A program made the position numbers and the translations under genes. This document shows positions 42,535 to 52,767 of a stretch of DNA of 64,000 nt, in pieces. The stretch is taken from NCBI GenBank assembly GCA_035504735.1, contig DATJRJ010000129.1, positions 4,771 through 68,770 of the forward strand. The letters run 5' to 3'. Below the pieces are notes generated by a model. It was not told where the DNA came from, did no database searches, and saw only the letters and a program-made list of their open reading frames with translations. Source of the DNA: Candidatus Binataceae bacterium (GTDB taxonomy: Bacteria > Desulfobacterota > Binatia > Binatales > Binataceae). Position 1 is the first letter of the stretch; every line of letters starts with the position of its first letter.

Positions 42535-43251
42535 TTAGAGTTCGACCCGGCGCAGCATCTCCTGGTACGCCTCTTCGACGTTGCCGAGGTCACGCCGGAA
42601 GCGGTCCTTATCGAGCTTCTCGCGCGTGGCTTTGTCCCAGAAGCGGCAGGTGTCGGGACAAATCTCGTCGCCCAGCAGAATCGTGTCATGATGGCGTCCG
42701 AACTCGAGCTTGAAATCGACCAGGATAATCCCGCGCTCATCGAGGAAGCGGCGCAAGATATCGTTGACCTTGAGCGCCAGGGTATCGATCGTGCGCAACT
42801 CGGCCGGTGTCGCCCAGCCGAAGACCAGCACATGTTCGGCGTTGATCAACGGATCATCGAGCGGGTCGGACTTGTAGTAATACTCGATTACGGGACGCTT
42901 GAGCGGCTCGCCTTCTTCGCGGCCCAGCCGCTTCGCCATCGAGCCCGCCACGATATTGCGCACCACCAGCTCGACCGGGATTATATCGAGCCGCTTGCAT
43001 AGCATCTGGCGTTCGTCGAGACGGCTGACGAAATGGGTCGGCACGCCGTTGCGTTCCAGCAGCGTGAAGAACAACTCGGACATCCGGTTGTTGACGATGC
43101 CCTTGTCCTCGATCGTGCCGCGCTTCTTGGCGTTGAACGCCGTCGCGTCGTCCTTGAAATAAGCGATTACCAGGTCGGGATCCGAGGTGCGGTAAAGCTT
43201 TTTCGCCTTGCCTTCGTAAAACTCTTCGAGCTTTGACGGGACTGTATCCAT
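42535..43251 (-). CDS. purC: phosphoribosylaminoimidazole-succinocarboxamide synthase
   Basis: 238 aa. YEGKAKKLY...[18 protein letters not shown]...LVDFKLEFG are SAICAR synthetase motifs. Confidence 0.95.
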   Translation of the reverse strand: MDTVPSKLEEFYEGKAKKLYRTSDPDLVIAYFKDDATAFNAKKRGTIEDKGIVNNRMSELFFTLLERNGVPTHFVSRLDERQMLCKRLDIIPVELVVRNIVAGSMAKRLGREEGEPLKRPVIEYYYKSDPLDDPLINAEHVLVFGWATPAELRTIDTLALKVNDILRRFLDERGIILVDFKLEFGRHHDTILLGDEICPDTCRFWDKATREKLDKDRFRRDLGNVEEAYQEMLRRVEL

Positions 43252-43341
43252 CCGGGCCTCACGCTGAAAGTAGTGCTAATAGTGTGGCACGCGCGCGTTA
43301 AATTTTCAGCCGCCGCAGAGCCGATTGTTTGAACAGTTTAT

Positions 43342-44763
43342 TCACACCGTCCTGGTGCCGTCCGGCGGCGCCGGGCAAAAGCGCTCGACCAGCTCTTCGG
43401 CCAGACCGATGTACCCGCGCGGCGTGAGCTTTCCCAGCGCCTCGCGCGCGGCAGGATCGAGCGGCAGCGAGGCGACGAATTCTTCGATAACCGCGCGATC
43501 GATCGTCTGGCCGCGCGTCAGCTCCTTCAACCGTTCGTAGGGATTTTCCAGCCGATGGCGGCGCATCAGGGTTTGGATCGCTTCGGCGATCACCTCGAAG
43601 GTCTGCGCGTCGTCGAGCTCGGCTGCGATTCGGCGCTGATCGAGATCGACGCGGGAAAAGCCACGCGCCATCGAATCGAGCGCGATCGTGAGATGGCCGA
43701 AAGCGCTGCCGATCGAGCGCATCGCGGTCGAATCACTCAGGTCGCGCTGCCATCGCGAGACCGGCAGCTTGGTGGCGAGATGTTGAAAGAGGGCGGTCGC
43801 CAGGCCGAGATTGCCCTCGGCATTCTCGAAATCGATCGGATTGACCTTGTGCGGCATGGTCGACGAACCAATCTCGCCCGCCAGCGCGCGCTGGCGGAAG
43901 TAGCCGAGCGCGACATAGCCCCACATATCGCGGGCGAGGCCCAGCAGGACGGTATCAATCTGGATCATCACGTGGCACAGCTCGGCGATAAAATCGTGGC
44001 TTTCGATCTGCGTCGTAAGCGGATTCCACTTGAGCCCCAGCTCTTCGACGAAGCGCCGCGAGTGCTCGATCCAATCGATTTCAGGATACGCCGCCCGATG
44101 GGCGTTGAAGTTGCCGACTGCGCCGTTAAGCTTGCCGAGATATTCCTGACGCGCCAGATGACTGAGCTGGCGCTGGAGACGCGCGGCGAAAACCGCCAGT
44201 TCCTTGCCCATCGTGGTCGGCGAGGCGGCCTGGCCGTGGGTGCGCGCGATCATCGCGACCGCCTTGAAGCGCCGCGCCATCGCGGCGATCGTCGCCAGTA
44301 GGCTTTCGAGCTGCGGGCGCAGTTCGCGTGCGACGAACTCCTTGAGCATCAGCGCCCAGGCCAGGTTGCTGATATCCTCCGAAGTGCAGGCGAAATGCAC
44401 AATCTCGGCGGGCAGCGCCGGATCGATCGCGGCGAATTTCCGTTTTAGAAAATATTCGACCGCCTTGACGTCGTGATTGGTCTCGGCCTCGAGTTTTTTT
44501 ACCGCCCGCGCATCGGCCGGCGAGAAATCTTCATAGACCCGGCGCAGCCGGGTGGCGTCGGTCGGTGCCAGCGGCACCAGCGCATCGAATTGCGGATGAG
44601 CCGCGAGCGAGAGATACCATTCGATTTCGATCCGCACCCGGTAGCGAATCAGCGCGGCTTCGCTGAAGTAGGCCGCCAGCGTCCGCGTGCGGCGCCGATA
44701 GCGGCCGTCGATCGGGCTGATCTCGTTAAGCAGCAGATCGGTATCGTCGTCCCTGGTCGTCAT
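43342..44763 (-). CDS. purB: adenylosuccinate lyase
   Basis: 473 aa. SPIDGRY..., the fumarate-lyase signature GSSTMPHKVNP, and a long PurB-type C-terminus are present. Confidence 0.95.
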   Translation of the reverse strand: MTTRDDDTDLLLNEISPIDGRYRRRTRTLAAYFSEAALIRYRVRIEIEWYLSLAAHPQFDALVPLAPTDATRLRRVYEDFSPADARAVKKLEAETNHDVKAVEYFLKRKFAAIDPALPAEIVHFACTSEDISNLAWALMLKEFVARELRPQLESLLATIAAMARRFKAVAMIARTHGQAASPTTMGKELAVFAARLQRQLSHLARQEYLGKLNGAVGNFNAHRAAYPEIDWIEHSRRFVEELGLKWNPLTTQIESHDFIAELCHVMIQIDTVLLGLARDMWGYVALGYFRQRALAGEIGSSTMPHKVNPIDFENAEGNLGLATALFQHLATKLPVSRWQRDLSDSTAMRSIGSAFGHLTIALDSMARGFSRVDLDQRRIAAELDDAQTFEVIAEAIQTLMRRHRLENPYERLKELTRGQTIDRAVIEEFVASLPLDPAAREALGKLTPRGYIGLAEELVERFCPAPPDGTRTV

Positions 44764-44789
44764 CGCCCTAAGCTCGCGCAGGCGCCGGC

Positions 44790-45248
44790 TCAGCGCCCGG
44801 TATGGCCGAAGCCGCCCGCGCCGCGCACAGTTTCCGCCAGCACCTCAACTTCTATCAGTTCGGCGCGGCTAACCGGAGCGATGATTAGCTGGGCGATACG
44901 GTCGCCGGGCTGAATCACGATCGGTTCCGCGCCGAGATTGACCACCAGGACCTGGATTTCGCCGCGATAGTCGGCGTCGATGGTGCCGGGCGAATTGATA
45001 AGCGCCAGCCCCTCGCGGATTGCGCGGCCGCTGCGCGGCCGGACCTGCCCTTCGAAGCCGAACGGTATCTCGATCGCGAGACCGGTCGGTATCGCCGCCC
45101 GCGCCAGGCTTTTCAGCGTCACTGGCGCGGCCAGATCGGCCGCCAGATCCATCCCGGCGCAATGCTCGCTATGGTAGCGCGGAATCGCGCCACCCGGTCT
45201 CAGCCGTTTGACCTTCACCTGTACCGGTTTAGAACTCATGTCCATCAA
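44790..45248 (-). CDS. dut: dUTP diphosphatase
   Basis: 152 aa. [22 protein letters not shown] and GGFGHTG are the five dUTPase motifs. Confidence 0.9.
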   Translation of the reverse strand: MMDMSSKPVQVKVKRLRPGGAIPRYHSEHCAGMDLAADLAAPVTLKSLARAAIPTGLAIEIPFGFEGQVRPRSGRAIREGLALINSPGTIDADYRGEIQVLVVNLGAEPIVIQPGDRIAQLIIAPVSRAELIEVEVLAETVRGAGGFGHTGR

Positions 45249-45354
45249 GGTTTAATATCAGGCCGGGCGTGCTCAACCGCGATTGACATCATTTATCCAC
45301 CGGACTTAGCCTCGATGGTTCGCCGGTTTTCGGCACGCTCAGAGAGGGGACCTG

Positions 45355-46095
45355 ATGGAGATCTTTGCTCGCTCGCATACCACGCAACGTTCGATACGCG
45401 TTATCGCCATCGCGGCAATCATCGCGGCCATGGCCGCCCGCCCGGCAATCTTGCGGGGGCAGGCGATCCCGATCGAGCAGGCGCCGAGCCAGGCTGCGAA
45501 CGCCGGCGCCGCCTATAGCCTGAAGTCTGGCAGCTATTACCTGTCGCGCAATATCAAGATCAGCGGCGGCCAGAAAAACGGCATCAACGTCACAGGCCCC
45601 AACGTCAGTATCAATTTTGAAGGCTACTCGATAATCGGCCAGAATTCCGCCGGTGGGATTGGTATCAACGCGCCCGGACAGACCGGCCTCACGATTCAGA
45701 ACGGCAACATCCAGGGGATGGGCGGCGGCGGCGTGACCGTGGGCGCCGGCAGCACCGTCAGCTCGATGCATATCACGGGCAACGGGCCGGGCATCGTGGG
45801 TGGCGCCTCGTGCGTGATCGAGAACAATTCGGTTACCGCCAATAGCGGCGACGGCATCAATGCCGCCGGCCTGATCCGCGGCAACGTGAGCGATGGCAAT
45901 GTCGGCAACGGCATCACCGCCGGCGCCAACTCGTCGATCATCGGCAACGAGGCGAGCGGCAACAGCGGCGCCGGGATCGCGATGCAACCGAGCGACGGGT
46001 TTTCGAACAACGTCATCAATAGCGCCGGCACCACCGTCAGCGGCGGGGTCGATGCCGGCAGCAACGTCTGCAACGGTTCGACATCCTGTCCTTAG
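45355..46095 (+). CDS. secreted right-handed beta-helix repeat protein, unknown function
   Basis: 246 aa with an N-terminal signal-like segment (IRVIAIAAIIAAMAARPA). Repeated G-x-G-I/V-x-(V/I/A) coils follow (GINVTG, GIGINAPG, GVTVGAG, GIVGGAS, DGINAAG, NGITAGAN, AGIAMQP). The C-terminus is CNGSTSCP. Confidence 0.6.
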   Translation: MEIFARSHTTQRSIRVIAIAAIIAAMAARPAILRGQAIPIEQAPSQAANAGAAYSLKSGSYYLSRNIKISGGQKNGINVTGPNVSINFEGYSIIGQNSAGGIGINAPGQTGLTIQNGNIQGMGGGGVTVGAGSTVSSMHITGNGPGIVGGASCVIENNSVTANSGDGINAAGLIRGNVSDGNVGNGITAGANSSIIGNEASGNSGAGIAMQPSDGFSNNVINSAGTTVSGGVDAGSNVCNGSTSCP

Positions 46096-46102
46096 CGCCG
46101 GC

Positions 46103-47434
46103 TTATCGATTTGCGAGCGCGATGAAATCCGCCAGATGGACCGCGCGGGTCTTCGCGCCGCGGCGGCGGAGTTCGGCCGCGATCTGAAACTCGCAGCCCG
46201 GATTTCCGAGCACCACATAATCGGCCCCGGTCGCGACGATATTGTCGACCTTGCGCCTGACCAGGTCGCGCGCCATCGCCGGCTCGGTCAGGTTGTAGCT
46301 GCCGGCCGAACCGCAGCACAGGTCCGACTCCGCCATCTCGACCAGCGTCACCCCGGGGATTGATTTCAGGAGCTGGCGCGGCGTCTCGCGCACGCCGAGT
46401 CCATGGGCCAGATGACACGAATCGTGATAGGTGACGACGCAGCGTAGCTCGCGGCCCACCGGCAGGGCGGCGCCGACCAGCAAGGTGCTCAAGTCCCTGA
46501 CCCGGGCGGAAATTTCGCGCGCATCCTCGGCGTATGCGGGCTCGTTTTTCAATAGCTCACCGTATCCGGCGATCGCCGCGGCGCATCCGGAGGCCGCCGA
46601 CAGGATTAGCTCGGCACCGCTGCGTTTGAGCGCTCGCACGTTGCGGCGCGCGAATTCCAGCGCTCGCTCGCGATTGCCGGCGTGCAGGTCGAGCGCCCCG
46701 CAGCATTCGGTCTCGGCCAGCTCGGCCACGCGAAAGCCGGCCGCGCGCAAGGCATGCTCGCTGTTGCGGTTCTCAGAATCGGCCAGCACTTGCGCGACGC
46801 ATCCGTGATGCACCACCGCCAGTGGTCCGTCGGCGCTCGCCGTCCATTGCGTCCACGAGTCCCAGGCGACGGCGTCGCCGCGCCGCGGTATCAGGTCCAT
46901 CCACGCCCCGGTCCCGCCCGGCATCAAGGCCCGCAACAGGCGGCGCAGATGCAGGCGCTCGGCGAAACGCAACGGCGCCACCAGCCATCGCAGCCGTCGC
47001 GGATAAGGAAAGATCGCGCCGATCAGGCGGCGCTTGAGCCGTTCGCGAAAGCTGCGGCGATAATGCTCCTCGACATAAGCCGAAGCCCGCTCGATCAGCC
47101 GCCCATAATGAACACCCGACGGACAGGCGGTTTCGCACCCGCGGCATCCGAGGCACAAATCCAGATGGCGCACGGCGCTGTCGTCGAGGTTGAGGCTTTC
47201 CTCCGCCAACCCTTTCATCAGGTAGATTCGCCCGCGCGGCGAGTCCATCTCGCGCCGTGTGAGCACGTAGGTCGGGCAGCATTCCAGGCACAGTCCGCAA
47301 TGCACGCAATCGAAGAGCAGTTCGTAATCGACTACGTCGCGCTTTGGTCCGGGAGCGGACTTGGCGCCGGCTGAGGTCTGCTTGGACACAGCCGCTGAAT
47401 GATTGGGATCAGGTATGGAAGCAGGCGCGGCCAT
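46103..47434 (-). CDS. glcF: glycolate oxidase iron-sulfur subunit (GlcF-type, 2x 4Fe-4S + CCG domains)
   Basis: 443 aa. CVHCGLCLECCPTY and CLGCRGCETACPSG are present, with two Cys-rich CCG domains (HDSCH...). It is adjacent to glcE and glcD. Confidence 0.85.
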   Translation of the reverse strand: MAAPASIPDPNHSAAVSKQTSAGAKSAPGPKRDVVDYELLFDCVHCGLCLECCPTYVLTRREMDSPRGRIYLMKGLAEESLNLDDSAVRHLDLCLGCRGCETACPSGVHYGRLIERASAYVEEHYRRSFRERLKRRLIGAIFPYPRRLRWLVAPLRFAERLHLRRLLRALMPGGTGAWMDLIPRRGDAVAWDSWTQWTASADGPLAVVHHGCVAQVLADSENRNSEHALRAAGFRVAELAETECCGALDLHAGNRERALEFARRNVRALKRSGAELILSAASGCAAAIAGYGELLKNEPAYAEDAREISARVRDLSTLLVGAALPVGRELRCVVTYHDSCHLAHGLGVRETPRQLLKSIPGVTLVEMAESDLCCGSAGSYNLTEPAMARDLVRRKVDNIVATGADYVVLGNPGCEFQIAAELRRRGAKTRAVHLADFIALANR

Positions 47435-47438
47435 CGAA

Positions 47439-48731
47439 TCAGATCCCTCCGATAAAGCATCCGGGATTGAAGATGCCGGCCGGATCGAACGCCGCCTTCA
47501 GCCGACGGCTCAATTTCAGAACGCCGGCGCTCGGCGCGCCGAAGAAATCGAGCTCGGCGCGAATCGAGGCCGGCGCGCCGAGCAGGCGCAGATGGCCGCG
47601 GGCGCCGGCGGCGATCTCGCGCCATCGCGCGACCAGCTTCACGGCCTCCTCGGCCGGCGGTTCGCCGGGCACGAAAAGCTCAGCGACCCCGCATCCCGCA
47701 TGGGCGCGAAACTCGACGTTGCAATCCTGCAGGCAGCGTGCGAGCGCTGCCGGAGGAGTCGCCACCTGGGCGGCGATGCCGGGGACCGGCAGCGTGTAAT
47801 CGCGCAACCGCTGATAGAGGCGCAGCGCGGTCGCGAGCTGGACGATCTCAATCCCGGCGCCATCGGCGCACGAGCGGATTTGATCGGCCTGATAATCGAT
47901 TTCCTCGCGATTGCCGCAGAGACCCGCGATCACCCCGAACTGCTCCGACGCGATGCCGAGGTTCTGCGCGATCCCGGGGCTCAGAACTTCCAGATGTACC
48001 AGCGGCAGCGTGTCGTGAATCCGGGTGGCGGCCTCGAAGGCCGCAGCAGGGCTACCGCAGGTCAGGGCGGCGAGCGTATAGCGCTCAGGCATCGGGCGCA
48101 CCTTGAAGGTCGCTTCGAACACGATTCCGAGCGTGCCGTACGACCCGGTCATCACCTTCATCAGGTCGTATCCGGCGACGTTTTTGACCACCCGTCCGCC
48201 GCCATGCACGATCCGTCCGCCGTGGCCGACGAAGCGTACGCCGATCATCAGATCGCGCACCGTGCCCTCCGAAAGCCGCAGCGGGCCGGCCTTGGCCGCG
48301 CCGATGAGCGCGCCCAGCGTAACATTGCCGGGGTTGCTGGGATCGAGCGGCAGATGCTGCCGGCGCGGCGCCATCAACTGATTCAAGGCGCCGAGCGTCA
48401 CGCCGGCCTCGGCGGTGACGGTCATATCATCGGGCTCGTAGGCGATGACCCGGGCCATGCGGGCGAGCGACAGGCCCAGCGTCACATGCTCGCGGCGCAG
48501 CTCGGAGAGCGTGCGTGCGTCACCCAACGGCGCGAGCGAAATTCCGTCGACCTCGCACTTGAAGACGATCTTGGCGATCTCGTCGGCGCTGCGCGGCTCG
48601 ACGATTACGTCGGCCGCCTGGGCCTCGCAGCCCTCAGGCGTGCGTAGCCGGTCCGCGCCGATCAGCGTGCCGAGCTCAGTGGCGACCCGCAAAGCGGGGT
48701 TGCGCGTTTCGGTCTCCTGCGCCAGTTGCAT
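47439..48731 (-). CDS. glcE: glycolate oxidase FAD-binding subunit GlcE
   Basis: 430 aa with an FAD-binding PCMH-type domain. It lies between glcD and glcF with 1-4 nt spacers. Confidence 0.8.
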   Translation of the reverse strand: MQLAQETETRNPALRVATELGTLIGADRLRTPEGCEAQAADVIVEPRSADEIAKIVFKCEVDGISLAPLGDARTLSELRREHVTLGLSLARMARVIAYEPDDMTVTAEAGVTLGALNQLMAPRRQHLPLDPSNPGNVTLGALIGAAKAGPLRLSEGTVRDLMIGVRFVGHGGRIVHGGGRVVKNVAGYDLMKVMTGSYGTLGIVFEATFKVRPMPERYTLAALTCGSPAAAFEAATRIHDTLPLVHLEVLSPGIAQNLGIASEQFGVIAGLCGNREEIDYQADQIRSCADGAGIEIVQLATALRLYQRLRDYTLPVPGIAAQVATPPAALARCLQDCNVEFRAHAGCGVAELFVPGEPPAEEAVKLVARWREIAAGARGHLRLLGAPASIRAELDFFGAPSAGVLKLSRRLKAAFDPAGIFNPGCFIGGI

Positions 48732-48732
48732 C

Positions 48733-50238
48733 TTAGAGCGCCGCTTGCCGATGCGGCGTGGTTACTTCCACGCACGCGCCGGGGGTTGGAATAATCTTGT
48801 TGGGATTCGAGCGTTCCTCGGGGTCGAAGACGCGACGCAACTCGGTCATCACCATCAGATCGTCGGGCGAGAACAGCAGCGGCATCTCGTGGATCTTCTC
48901 GGCGCCGATCCCATGCTCGCCGCTCAGGCTGCCGCCCAGTTGCACACAGGCGCGTAAAATCTCGCGCCCGGCCTCGATCGCGCGGCGCACTTCATCGGCG
49001 TCACGTTCGTCGTACAGCACGATCGGATGGATATTACCGTCGCCGGCGTGAAAGACGTTGCCGATTCGCACGCTGTAGCGCTGCGCGATAGCCGCGATCC
49101 GGCGCAGGATTTCCGGCAGCGCCGTGCGCGGCACCACGCCATCCTGAGTGGCGTAGTTCGGCGCCAGCCGTCCGACCGCGCCGAAGGCCCGCTTGCGCCC
49201 CTTCCAGATATTGGCGCGTTCGGCCTCGTCGCGCGCGATTCTGATTTCACTCGCACCGCATCCGCGTGCCAGACCGATAACGCGCTCGAGCCGCTCGGTC
49301 ATCCCGGCCGCCAACCCGTCGAGCTCGATGATCAGCACCGCCTCGGCGTCGTCGGGCAGTCCCAGATGGAAGGCGGCCTCGACTGCGCGGATTATCAGCC
49401 GGTCCATCATTTCGATCGCCCCCGGGATAATTCCGGCGGCGATCGTCGCCGAGACTGCGCGGGTCGCGCTCTCCACGTCGGCAAAGATCGCCAGCAGGGT
49501 CTGCCGCGCCTGCGGCTCGCGCATCAGCTTGAGCGTCGCTCGCGTGACGATTCCGGCGGTGCCCTCAGCGCCGACCAACGCGCCGACGAGATCGTAGCCC
49601 CATCGATCTTCGGTTGCGCCGCCCAGCTCGACGATCTCGCCGTCGGGCAGCACCAGCTCGACGCCCAGCACATGGTTGGTGGTGACGCCGTACCGAAGCG
49701 TATGCGGCCCGCCGGAGTTCTCCGCTATATTGCCGCCGATGGTGCAGGCCATCTGCGAGGACGGGTCAGGCGCATAGAAATAGCCGCCGGCTTTGACGGC
49801 GTTCGAGACGTGCAGGTTGACGACGCCGCTTTCGACCTCGACGCGGCGATTAGCCAGATCGATCGACAAAATCCGGTTCATGCGCGAGGTGCAGATCATA
49901 ACCGGGGCATGCAGCGGCAGCGCGCCGCCCGAGAGCCCCGTGCCGGCGCCGCGCGGCACGAAGGCGGTTTTGCGTTTATGCAGGGCTTTCAGGACGCCGC
50001 TGACCTCGGCGGTCGTGCGCGGCATTACCAGCAGGTCGGGCCGGCTCTTCTCGATCGTCCAGCCGTCGCATTCGTAGACCTTGAGCTCGCTCGGGCGCCA
50101 TACGATTGCGGCCTCGCCGACGATTTCGCGCAGTTCCGCAGCCAGATTCCTATTGAAGGGGGTGGCGGCGGCGCCGGTGGTCTCCATCGCGTCCGCCACT
50201 TTAGCACGATCATCAGTGGCGCGCCGTAAAGCTGCCAA
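48733..50238 (-). CDS. glcD: glycolate oxidase subunit GlcD (FAD-linked oxidase)
   Basis: 501 aa. PRGAGTGLSGGALP, an FAD-binding domain and a C-terminal FAD-oxidase domain are present (GSLSGEHGIGAEK). Start is TTG 50238 or ATG 50187. Confidence 0.9.
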   Translation of the reverse strand: MAALRRATDDRAKVADAMETTGAAATPFNRNLAAELREIVGEAAIVWRPSELKVYECDGWTIEKSRPDLLVMPRTTAEVSGVLKALHKRKTAFVPRGAGTGLSGGALPLHAPVMICTSRMNRILSIDLANRRVEVESGVVNLHVSNAVKAGGYFYAPDPSSQMACTIGGNIAENSGGPHTLRYGVTTNHVLGVELVLPDGEIVELGGATEDRWGYDLVGALVGAEGTAGIVTRATLKLMREPQARQTLLAIFADVESATRAVSATIAAGIIPGAIEMMDRLIIRAVEAAFHLGLPDDAEAVLIIELDGLAAGMTERLERVIGLARGCGASEIRIARDEAERANIWKGRKRAFGAVGRLAPNYATQDGVVPRTALPEILRRIAAIAQRYSVRIGNVFHAGDGNIHPIVLYDERDADEVRRAIEAGREILRACVQLGGSLSGEHGIGAEKIHEMPLLFSPDDLMVMTELRRVFDPEERSNPNKIIPTPGACVEVTTPHRQAAL

Positions 50239-50363
50239 GGCTTTTGCGAGGCGCGACAGATACGGTCATAATAACGCGAATAATTTCTGACGGCGTCGCG
50301 GGAGCATCGGATCTCAAGTCTAGGCGACGCCGGCGATCGATTCCGACCGGTAGGAGAATCGCT

Positions 50364-51551
50364 TTGGCAAATGCCCCGGAACTCAACCCCACCCAGCGCA
50401 CGTTGCTGGGGCCCGGCCCCTCCAACGTTCATCCGCGCGTGATGCGCGCGATGATGGCGCCGGTGGTCGGCCATCTCGACCCCGATTTCGCCCTCGTGAT
50501 GGACGAGCTGCGCAAGCTTCTGCGCGGCCTGTTCCAGACCGGTAACGAGTTGACCTTTCCGGTTTCCGGCACGGGCTCGGCCGGGATGGAAGCGGCGCTC
50601 GCCAACCTGATCGAGGACGGCGACGAAGTCGTGATCGGCGTCAACGGCGTGTTCGGCGGCCGGGCGGCCGATTGCGCGGAGCGGATGGGCGCGCGAGTCC
50701 ATCGGGTCGAATCGCCGTGGGGCCGAATCATCGAGCCCGGTGACATCGCGGCGGCGCTCAAGCAAATCAAACGGCCGAAGCTGGTCATGTTGATACATGC
50801 CGAGACCTCGACCGGGGTCTGGCAGCCGGTCGAAGAGATCTCGCATCTCACGCACGAGCACGGCGCGATGCTGGTGCTCGACACGGTGACCTCGCTCGGA
50901 TGCGTGCCGGTGGAAATCGATAGCTGGCGCGTCGACGCTTCGTATAGCTGTACGCAAAAAGGTATCAGCGCGCCGCCGGGACTTGCGCCGATTACCTTCA
51001 GCCCGGCCGCCCGCGACCTGATACGGGCTCGCAAGCAGAAGTGTCGCTCATGGTACTTCGACATTGCGATGATCGAGCAGTACTGGAGCAAGGAGCGCGT
51101 CTACCATCACACCGCGCCGATCACGATGACCTATGCGTTGTACGAGGGCTTGCGCCTCGCGCACGAGGAAGGGTTGGAGGCGCGCTTTCGGCGTCATCGC
51201 GAAAACGGCGCCGCCCTGGGCGCCGGACTCAGCGCGCTGGGACTCGCGCCCACCGCGCAGGAGGGCCATCGCTTGCCGCAGCTCGCGGTGGTCAACGTGC
51301 CGGCCGGGATCGACGAGGCCGCGGCGCGGCGCGAATTGTTGCTGAAGTACAATATCGAGATCGCCGGCGGGCTGGGCCCGTTTCGCGGCAAGGTCTGGCG
51401 TATCGGAACCCTCGGCGAATCGTCGCGGCGCCAGCACGTTGCGGCGCTGCTCGCGGCACTCGAATCGATCATCGCCGCGAGTGGTCACGACGTACGCCGC
51501 GGCGCCGCGCTCGCCGCCGCCGACAAGGTTTATGCGTCATGGCAGGACTGA
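50364..51551 (+). CDS. class V aminotransferase (alanine/serine--glyoxylate aminotransferase family)
   Basis: The TTG at 50364 is preceded by AGGAGA. (M)ANAPELNPTQRTLLGPGPSNVHPRVMRAMMAPVVGHLDPDF...SCTQKGISAPPG (Lys motif) is AGXT/SgaA-like. The upstream part of the track ORF is Arg-rich junk. Confidence 0.85.
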   Translation: MANAPELNPTQRTLLGPGPSNVHPRVMRAMMAPVVGHLDPDFALVMDELRKLLRGLFQTGNELTFPVSGTGSAGMEAALANLIEDGDEVVIGVNGVFGGRAADCAERMGARVHRVESPWGRIIEPGDIAAALKQIKRPKLVMLIHAETSTGVWQPVEEISHLTHEHGAMLVLDTVTSLGCVPVEIDSWRVDASYSCTQKGISAPPGLAPITFSPAARDLIRARKQKCRSWYFDIAMIEQYWSKERVYHHTAPITMTYALYEGLRLAHEEGLEARFRRHRENGAALGAGLSALGLAPTAQEGHRLPQLAVVNVPAGIDEAAARRELLLKYNIEIAGGLGPFRGKVWRIGTLGESSRRQHVAALLAALESIIAASGHDVRRGAALAAADKVYASWQD

Positions 51552-51708
51552 GCCCCGGCCGCATCGACGATGCACAGAGTCGGTTACTGGTGACTCGACG
51601 GTCCTGTCGCCGGGCCGTTTGACATCCTAAGGCGGCTTCGTTTCTGATAGCATCCTGAGGGGGGAACTTCCCCGAGCGGACCATCCGACTAGCGAGGAGA
51701 ATCGAGCC

Positions 51709-52767
51709 ATGCGAGAGCAGCCCAAGCGCACCCCGGAACGCGAGGCCTATTACGCCAAAATCAAAAACAAAAACCTCTCGCCGCTGTGGGAGGTGCTAAA
51801 AGGTATCCAGACCGACGAGCCCAAGCCCAAGGAGCTGCCGAGCCTGTGGCATTACGACCAGGACATCAAGCCGGCGCTGCTCGAGGCCGGCTCCGTGATC
51901 TCGGCGCGCGAGGCCGACCGCCGGGTGCTGATCCTCGCGAACCCGGGCCTCCACGACTACTTCTTCCCGTGCATCACTCACTCGTTGTTCGCCGGTATCC
52001 AGATGATCATGCCGGGTGAGATTGCCCCCAGCCATCGCCATACCCAGGGCGCGCTGCGCTTCGTGCTCGAAGGCGAGGGCGCCTACACGGGAGTCAACGG
52101 CGAGCGGACCAGCATGCGGCCGGGTGACTTCGTGATCACCCCGAGCTGGACCTGGCATGACCATGGCAATGACACCGCGCAGCCGATGGTATGGCTCGAT
52201 GGACTCGATATCCCGATCGTCGACGTGCTCAACTGCAGCTTCTTCGAGCCCTACCCGGAGGACCAGTTCCCGAGTGACCGGCCCGAGGGCGACTCGGTCG
52301 CGCGCTGGGGGAGCGGGATGGTGCCCGACGGCCATCAGCATCGCACGCTCACCAGCCCGATTCTCAACTACAGTTATCAACGCACGCGCGCGGCGCTCGA
52401 CCAGATGGCGGCGCGCGGCGACTACGACGATTGTCACGGGATCAAGATGAACTATATCAACCCGCTCACCGGCGACTGGGCGATGCCGACGATCGGGACC
52501 TCGATGCGGCTGCTGCCCAAGGGCTTTTCGGGCACGCCGTTTCGCTCGACCGACGGCACCGTGTTCGTGGTCTGCGAGGGCCACGGGCGCACGGTGGTTA
52601 ACGGGACCAGCTACGAATGGGGACCGCGCGATATCTTCGTGGTGCCGACCTGGTGCTCGCATTACCATGAGACCAATGGCAGCGAGGCGGTGCTCTTCAG
52701 TTACTCGGACCGGCCCGTGCAGGAGAAACTCGGGCTCTATCGGGAGCAGCGCGGGAAGCGGGCGTGA
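51709..52767 (+). CDS. gentisate 1,2-dioxygenase-like bicupin
   Basis: 352 aa. ...LSPLWEV...LWHY...GEIAPSHRHTQGALRFVLEGEGAYTGVNGER... gives a cupin His motif, followed by a second cupin domain. The RBS GAGGAGA lies 8 nt upstream. Confidence 0.75.
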   Translation: MREQPKRTPEREAYYAKIKNKNLSPLWEVLKGIQTDEPKPKELPSLWHYDQDIKPALLEAGSVISAREADRRVLILANPGLHDYFFPCITHSLFAGIQMIMPGEIAPSHRHTQGALRFVLEGEGAYTGVNGERTSMRPGDFVITPSWTWHDHGNDTAQPMVWLDGLDIPIVDVLNCSFFEPYPEDQFPSDRPEGDSVARWGSGMVPDGHQHRTLTSPILNYSYQRTRAALDQMAARGDYDDCHGIKMNYINPLTGDWAMPTIGTSMRLLPKGFSGTPFRSTDGTVFVVCEGHGRTVVNGTSYEWGPRDIFVVPTWCSHYHETNGSEAVLFSYSDRPVQEKLGLYREQRGKRA

